Below the pieces are notes generated by a model. That model was not told where the DNA came from and did not search any database. It saw nothing but the letters and a program-made list of their open reading frames with translations. From contig JBHLRP010000065.1 of the NCBI GenBank assembly GCA_048882485.1, positions 1 through 16,766 on the forward strand: DNA of 16,766 nucleotides, in the 5' to 3' direction. Made by a program: the position numbers and the translations under genes. Shown here in pieces: positions 12,885-16,766 of this stretch. The DNA comes from Candidatus Thorarchaeota archaeon (GTDB lineage: Archaea > Asgardarchaeota > Thorarchaeia > Thorarchaeales > Thorarchaeaceae). Position 1 is the stretch's first letter; the number at the start of each line of letters is the position of its first letter.

Positions 12885-13940
12885 ATGTCCCAGGGAGAGC
12901 GTGAGTTTGAATACAAGACACTTGAGGACATATTAATCGCTTCTATCAGAGCCCCTCTTTTCAAAAGAGATGAACTGAGGGAGAGGTTCAATCACCTCAA
13001 GGAGATCTGTGGTTCGAAGATATCCGGTCCTGCAATGATCATCTATCATTGGGACACAAATGTGAAGGACGGTCTGGATGTAGAGGCTGCATATCCTGTT
13101 TCCGAGAATATAGAATCCGAGAGAGTTTCTTCAAGAATTCTAGAGGGATATGACGCATTCACCAAAATTCACAGGGGTCCGTATAACCAGCTATCCCTTG
13201 TGTTTAGAGAGTTACACGAGTTTCGTGCTTCCAGAGGACTAGCAGCTGAGCTTAATCCCCGTGAGGTGTACCTGACTGGTCCGTTTGAGAAGAATCATGA
13301 GGACAATGTGACTGAGCTTCAGACAACCATCCATCCGTGGGAATACCGATTCAAAACACGAATCAAGGAGGTCCTGGGTGAGAAAAAAGGGGGAAGAGTT
13401 TTACGTGGTGCTGAAGCAATCACCCCTTTCAGTACTGCTGCGGAGAGGAGTAAATGGGTCATAGCAGCGATAGAGCGTCTTGACAAGCTAGCTGATGAAG
13501 ACCAGAAGTGTGCAATCATCTCAAAATGTGCTCACGATAGACCTTTCGAAGACATACATCGGTTCAAGGAGATATTCAAAGAATCATGGGACATAGATAG
13601 GGTTCTAAAGGTCTACGGTGAAGATCTGCCTTGGCTTGAGAAGCCCTATCGCGAAGGCAAAATCCTGTATACCAGTAAGCCACCTGCTAATCGGGAGGAA
13701 TACGACAAGGCCCAGACACAGGATGAGCTGATAAGGGCTGCATGCTTTTGTCCAATTGTGCATGCTGCTCTTGAGAAGATGCCACGTACTTTCTGCTATT
13801 GCGGAGCTGGCTGGGCCGAACAATTATGGAGTGAAGTCGTCGGTCAGTCTGTGAGAGTAGAAATTGTTGAAACTGTGGTTGACGGCGGAAGAATGTGCAA
13901 ATTTGCAGTCCACCTCCCAGAATATGCAGTCAAGATGTAG
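12885..13940 (+). CDS. Two-domain protein: N-terminal GyrI-like/effector-binding-like region plus C-terminal Cys-containing domain, 351 aa
   Basis: N-terminal AMIIYHWDTNVKDGLDVEAAYPV...TKIHRGPYNQLSLVFRELHEFRASRGL...REVYLTGPFEKNHEDNVTELQTTI resembles GyrI-like small-molecule-binding domains. C-terminal CFCPIVHAALEKMPRTFCYCGAGWAEQLWSEVVGQSVRVEIVETVVDGGRMCKFAVHLP. Domain names are from recall, not a search. Confidence 0.65.
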   Translation: MSQGEREFEYKTLEDILIASIRAPLFKRDELRERFNHLKEICGSKISGPAMIIYHWDTNVKDGLDVEAAYPVSENIESERVSSRILEGYDAFTKIHRGPYNQLSLVFRELHEFRASRGLAAELNPREVYLTGPFEKNHEDNVTELQTTIHPWEYRFKTRIKEVLGEKKGGRVLRGAEAITPFSTAAERSKWVIAAIERLDKLADEDQKCAIISKCAHDRPFEDIHRFKEIFKESWDIDRVLKVYGEDLPWLEKPYREGKILYTSKPPANREEYDKAQTQDELIRAACFCPIVHAALEKMPRTFCYCGAGWAEQLWSEVVGQSVRVEIVETVVDGGRMCKFAVHLPEYAVKM

Positions 13941-14289
13941 ATCGTTCATTATCATCTGCATTCTGCTGCCCTCTCTCAAGAATGGGAATCACGTAGGTAT
14001 GTAGACTTCCCGTCACTGAATCATGCGTGACTCTCTTTAGAACACTGTCCAGCCTTTTCTCCACAGGATCCGTATCAAAGGACCTTGTCAGCAGCACAAG
14101 ATGTGCTCCCTCGTCCATAATGAAGAGGATCGTCATCATTACGGTATGTGAGAGGTCAAGATTCCTTATACCATTGAGAATCTCATCTGCCAAGTCTGTT
14201 GCTGCCTTACGAATCATATCGTTCCCTGGAACACTCCTTCTATCATGAATGATGTATCCCTTTGCCCCAAAATCAAGCTCTAGTCCCAT
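13930..14289 (-). CDS. Hypothetical protein, ~119 aa (ATG at 14289; the longer track ORF to 14481 overlaps the divergent gene)
   Basis: MGLELDFGAKGYIIHDRRSVPGNDMIRKAATDLADEILNGIRNLDLSHTVMMTILFIMDEGAHLVLLTRSFDTDPVEKRLDSVLKRV... A TATA-like element (gcttatatgc) lies about 23 nt upstream, consistent with a leaderless start. Confidence 0.55.
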   Translation of the reverse strand: MGLELDFGAKGYIIHDRRSVPGNDMIRKAATDLADEILNGIRNLDLSHTVMMTILFIMDEGAHLVLLTRSFDTDPVEKRLDSVLKRVTHDSVTGSLHTYVIPILERGQQNADDNERSTS

Positions 14290-14311
14290 GTGAGTTTGTG
14301 TGTATGAAGTG

Positions 14312-14319
14312 CATATAAG
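14312..14319. promoter_or_regulatory. Candidate shared bidirectional TATA element
   Basis: CATATAAG lies between divergent starts: ~20 nt from GTG 14336 (+) and ~23 nt from ATG 14289 (-). Confidence 0.4.
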
Positions 14320-14335
14320 CCCCGAAGCAAATTGA

Positions 14336-14704
14336 GTGTCCAGCGGAGTTGATTTCGTGAAATGGGAGAAGCCCTCTGAAGACCTGATGGGCATTCTTGA
14401 AGCCAAGCTTGAGAATGTAAAGTGTGAGAAACGCAAGATGTTTGGGCAGTACGCCTTCTTTTTGAATGGAAACATGTTCACCGGGGTCTTTCAATCTAGA
14501 ATATTCCTGAGACTATCTTCAGAATCAAAGAAGAAAATTATGGAACAATATCCCTAAATCTCACATTTTGAGCCGAGAAAAGGGCAGGTCATGCAAGAAT
14601 ACATCGAAATCCCATCAAAACTAGTTGAAAACGAAGATATCTTCTCTGAGCTTCTAGATTCTTCAATCAATTATGCTAACAGACTTCCGTCTAAGAAGAA
14701 ATAG
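14336..14704 (+). pseudogene. TfoX N-terminal-domain-like gene interrupted by an in-frame TAA (14555-14557)
   Basis: First segment ...LEAKLENVKCEKRKMFGQYAFFLNGNMFTGVFQSRIFLRLSSESKKKIMEQYP*. The same frame continues ISHFEPRKGQVMQEYIEIPSKLVENEDIFSELLDSSINYANRLPSKKK* (14558-14704), which supplies the expected C-terminal half of the domain. Confidence 0.75.
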
Positions 14705-14750
14705 GGATGCTTCGAAATCATTAAGTTGTGGTATCAGGGCCGATTACAAA

Positions 14751-15287
14751 ATGACCGACAGAGTCCTGATAGGGTACGGAACCCGATACGGTTCTACAGC
14801 TGAAACTGCAGAAGAAATGGCTACGGCTGTTCAAGAATCTGGAGTCGAAGTTGACGTTGTTGATTTGAAGAAAAGCGTTCTCCCCCGGCCTATCCAAGAT
14901 TACGATATGGTTGTCATTGGAAGTGGAATTCAAGCCGGACGGTGGGCAAGGGAGCCGCTGAAGTTCATAGAAAAGAACCTAGATGCCTTGGCAAAGAACA
15001 GAGTGGCAATCTTCGTGGTATGCGCTTATGCTGCCAATCCAGCGAAATGCGAATTTGCCCAGATTGAGTTTCTTAACAAAATCGTGGAAGAATATCCTTC
15101 ACTCGCACCTGTATCCACCGGTCTATTTCCTGGGGTCTTTGACTTCAGCAAGTACAATTTCCTGATGAGATTCCTCGTCAAACGCATTTTGAAGAGTGAA
15201 ATGGAACCGGGTCAGGAGATTCCCGAGAAGATTGACCTTCGTGACAATGAACGAGTGCGAGAATGGATTACAGAATTAGTTCGGTGA
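14751..15287 (+). CDS. Flavodoxin-domain protein (HemG-like flavodoxin family), 178 aa, probable start 14751
   Basis: MTDRVLIGYGTRYGSTAETAEEMATAVQESGVEVDVVDL (FMN phosphate loop T.YGST.E.A) and YDMVVIGSGIQAGRWAREPLKFIEKN. The upstream track extension lacks family-like sequence. Confidence 0.9.
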   Translation: MTDRVLIGYGTRYGSTAETAEEMATAVQESGVEVDVVDLKKSVLPRPIQDYDMVVIGSGIQAGRWAREPLKFIEKNLDALAKNRVAIFVVCAYAANPAKCEFAQIEFLNKIVEEYPSLAPVSTGLFPGVFDFSKYNFLMRFLVKRILKSEMEPGQEIPEKIDLRDNERVREWITELVR

Positions 15288-15414
15288 TGCGCGTCAGGCA
15301 GAAATTCATTACAGCATCTATCTCTTGATTCAGTATCGGCTCTTTTCGAAAGCATTAAACGAATCCGCACGAATAGGACAGAATAGTTTCACCCTAGCAA
15401 GAGGTTCAATAGAG

Positions 15415-15585
15415 ATGCCCGAACGGAAGCGTGCCCTCTTTGCAGTACTCGTTGTCTTGCTGCTAGCTGTGGTGGCAGTCGGTGTATATGTCAACTCAAA
15501 CTTCGAAGGTGAGCAAGAAACAGAAACAACAACAACTACGACCACGACAAGCACAAATACTGCACCACCCTGTACCACTGGTTGA
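15415..15585 (+). CDS. Short single-TM/signal-anchored Thr-rich protein (56 aa from ATG 15415)
   Basis: MPERKRALFAVLVVLLLAVVAVGVYVNSNFEGEQETETTTTTTTTSTNTAPPCTTG: positive N-terminus, hydrophobic helix, then a Thr-rich tail. Confidence 0.5.
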   Translation: MPERKRALFAVLVVLLLAVVAVGVYVNSNFEGEQETETTTTTTTTSTNTAPPCTTG

Positions 15586-15826
15586 GGCCCTCCGCTGCTC
15601 GTGGCGTTGCCTCCCAATCCTTAGCAAGCCCATGAGGCGGCGGGTCTAGCAGAAGGCATTTACTTGAGGAATCTCACAGAAACAATGATGTTGGTACGTA
15701 AAGCAATGCAGTACCAGCTGAGGTGGGGGGAGCACCCCCAATCACTAGAGATTTCTCAAAAGCGTCGTTCTTAGCAGATAGTCCCTTATAGGGCTCTATA
15801 GAGTTACGTTGGTCAAGCCGCCTTGT

Positions 15827-15840
15827 CGAAACCGTTAAAA
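15827..15840 (+). promoter_or_regulatory. BRE/TATA-like promoter for EF-1A
   Basis: CGAAACCGTTAAAA; 12 of 14 bases identical to the element before rpl30e; about 78 nt upstream of the EF-1A start. Confidence 0.5.
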
Positions 15841-15866
15841 GCATCGCCAAGCGTGACACGCTAGCA

Positions 15867-15887
15867 GGTTCCCCCATTTAGGGGACC
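15867..15887 (+). other. Hairpin in the predicted EF-1A 5' leader
   Basis: GGTTCCC..CATTTA..GGGGACC-type stem: GGTTCCC pairs with GGGGACC (7 bp including one G-U), starting ~27-32 nt downstream of TTAAAA. Confidence 0.4.
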
Positions 15888-15917
15888 GTCTAATATTCAA
15901 TAAGGAGAATCATACCC

Positions 15918-16766
15918 TTGTCGAAAGAAAAGGAACATCTGAATCTCGTGGTCATTGGCCACGTAGATCACGGTAAGTCTACAATGACCGGTAGACTACT
16001 GTACGAGACTGGTGCGGTCGATGAGCGGACGTTCCAGCAGCACAAGGAAGAAGCAGAAAAGCTGGGTCGTCCGAGTTGGGCTTGGGCTTTTGCCCTTGAC
16101 CGCCTGAAAGAGGAGCGTGAGCGAGGTCTTACTATCGACATCGCTTTCTTCAAATTTCTAACCGATCGCTATTATTACACAATTATAGATGCCCCTGGTC
16201 ACAAGGACTTCATCAAAAACATGATTACAGGAGCATCACAGGCTGACGTAGGTTTACTAGTTGTATCGGCCAAGCGTGGTGAGTTCGAAGCTGGTGTTGG
16301 TCCAGGTGGTCAGACCAAGGAGCATGCGTACCTTGCAATGACACTTGGTGTACCCAGTATGATTGTCTGTGTTAACAAAATGGACGATGAAACTGTCAAA
16401 TACAGCCAGGACAGATACAATGAGGTAAAGGAAGAGGTTGAAGGATTCCTAAAGAGTATCGGTTTCAAGACCGACAAGATCCCATTCATTCCGACCTCTG
16501 CACTTGATGCGGCCAACCTCAAGGACAAGACTCCTGACCTCACTCCATGGTACGACGGCCCCGCACTACTTGAGGCCCTTGATATGGTCGAGCTTCCCCC
16601 GAAGCCTGTTGACAAGCCCCTGCGCTTGCCAATCAACGATGTCTACTCAATCAAAGGTGTCGGCACTGTCCCGGTCGGTCGTATCGAAACCGGTGTCATG
16701 AAGCCTGGCCAAAAGGTCACTTTCATGCCTCCAAACAAGACCGGTGAGGTAAAGACCATCGAGATG
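15918..16766 (+). CDS. tuf: Translation elongation factor 1-alpha (aEF-1A), partial, runs off the window; TTG start
   Basis: Translated by eye: MSKEKEHLNLVVIGHVDHGKSTMTGRLLYETGAVDERTF...RERGLTIDIAFFKF...DAPGHKDFIKNMITGASQADVGLLVVSA...VNKMDD. The open frame has no stop through 16766, which explains its absence from the ORF track. SD GGAG at 15904-15907. Confidence 0.97.
   Translation, partial: MSKEKEHLNLVVIGHVDHGKSTMTGRLLYETGAVDERTFQQHKEEAEKLGRPSWAWAFALDRLKEERERGLTIDIAFFKFLTDRYYYTIIDAPGHKDFIKNMITGASQADVGLLVVSAKRGEFEAGVGPGGQTKEHAYLAMTLGVPSMIVCVNKMDDETVKYSQDRYNEVKEEVEGFLKSIGFKTDKIPFIPTSALDAANLKDKTPDLTPWYDGPALLEALDMVELPPKPVDKPLRLPINDVYSIKGVGTVPVGRIETGVMKPGQKVTFMPPNKTGEVKTIEM

Noticed and set aside
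14027-14248. + strand 73-aa ORF opposite the hypothetical 13930-14289 gene
   Set aside because: The Ser/Ile-rich composition looks like a shadow translation. The - strand frame reads as the more protein-like one.
15330-15617. - strand 95-aa ORF with VVLVVVVVVVVSVS
   Set aside because: The valine run is the reverse complement of the poly-Thr (ACN) tract of the + strand gene.
15685-15720. Possible C/D box sRNA (ATGATGT ... CTGA)
   Set aside because: The C-to-D spacing of about 35-40 nt is too short, and no convincing internal D'/C' boxes were found.
10195-15917. Mobile element or defence island explanation for the accessory block
   Set aside because: No transposase, integrase, toxin-antitoxin signature, terminal inverted repeats or target duplication was recognised, so only 'accessory island' is supported.

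Overview
This is an archaeal chromosomal window. The organisation and protein features fit an Asgard-like lineage, but that assignment is inference. The left ~10 kb is core information-processing DNA, all on the + strand: an intron-containing tRNA-Lys(UUU), rpoB (unsplit), rpoA1, rpoA2, rpl30e, a nusA-like KH gene, an unannotated 57-aa two-helix membrane mini-protein gene, rps12 and rps7. EF-1A, which usually follows rps7, begins only at ~15918 and runs off the right edge. The ~5.7 kb between them is accessory: an EamA/DMT transporter, two tandem paralogous small membrane proteins (- strand), a tandem-SH3-like protein, an HxlR-type regulator, a GyrI-like plus Cys-containing two-domain protein, a small unknown gene (- strand), a TfoX-N-like gene interrupted by an in-frame TAA, a flavodoxin-like protein, and a short TM/Thr-rich protein. 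Best leads are (1) the canonical bulge-helix-bulge intron in the T-loop of tRNA-Lys, (2) the H1-like Lys/Ala/Pro-rich N-terminal tail on RpoA'', (3) the TfoX-like ORF split by one in-frame stop, (4) the unannotated membrane mini-protein inside the nusA-rps12 block, and (5) the accessory island splitting the str-type cluster. No CRISPR array, transposase or rRNA was seen, and I cannot support a claim of a wholly new defence-type system.
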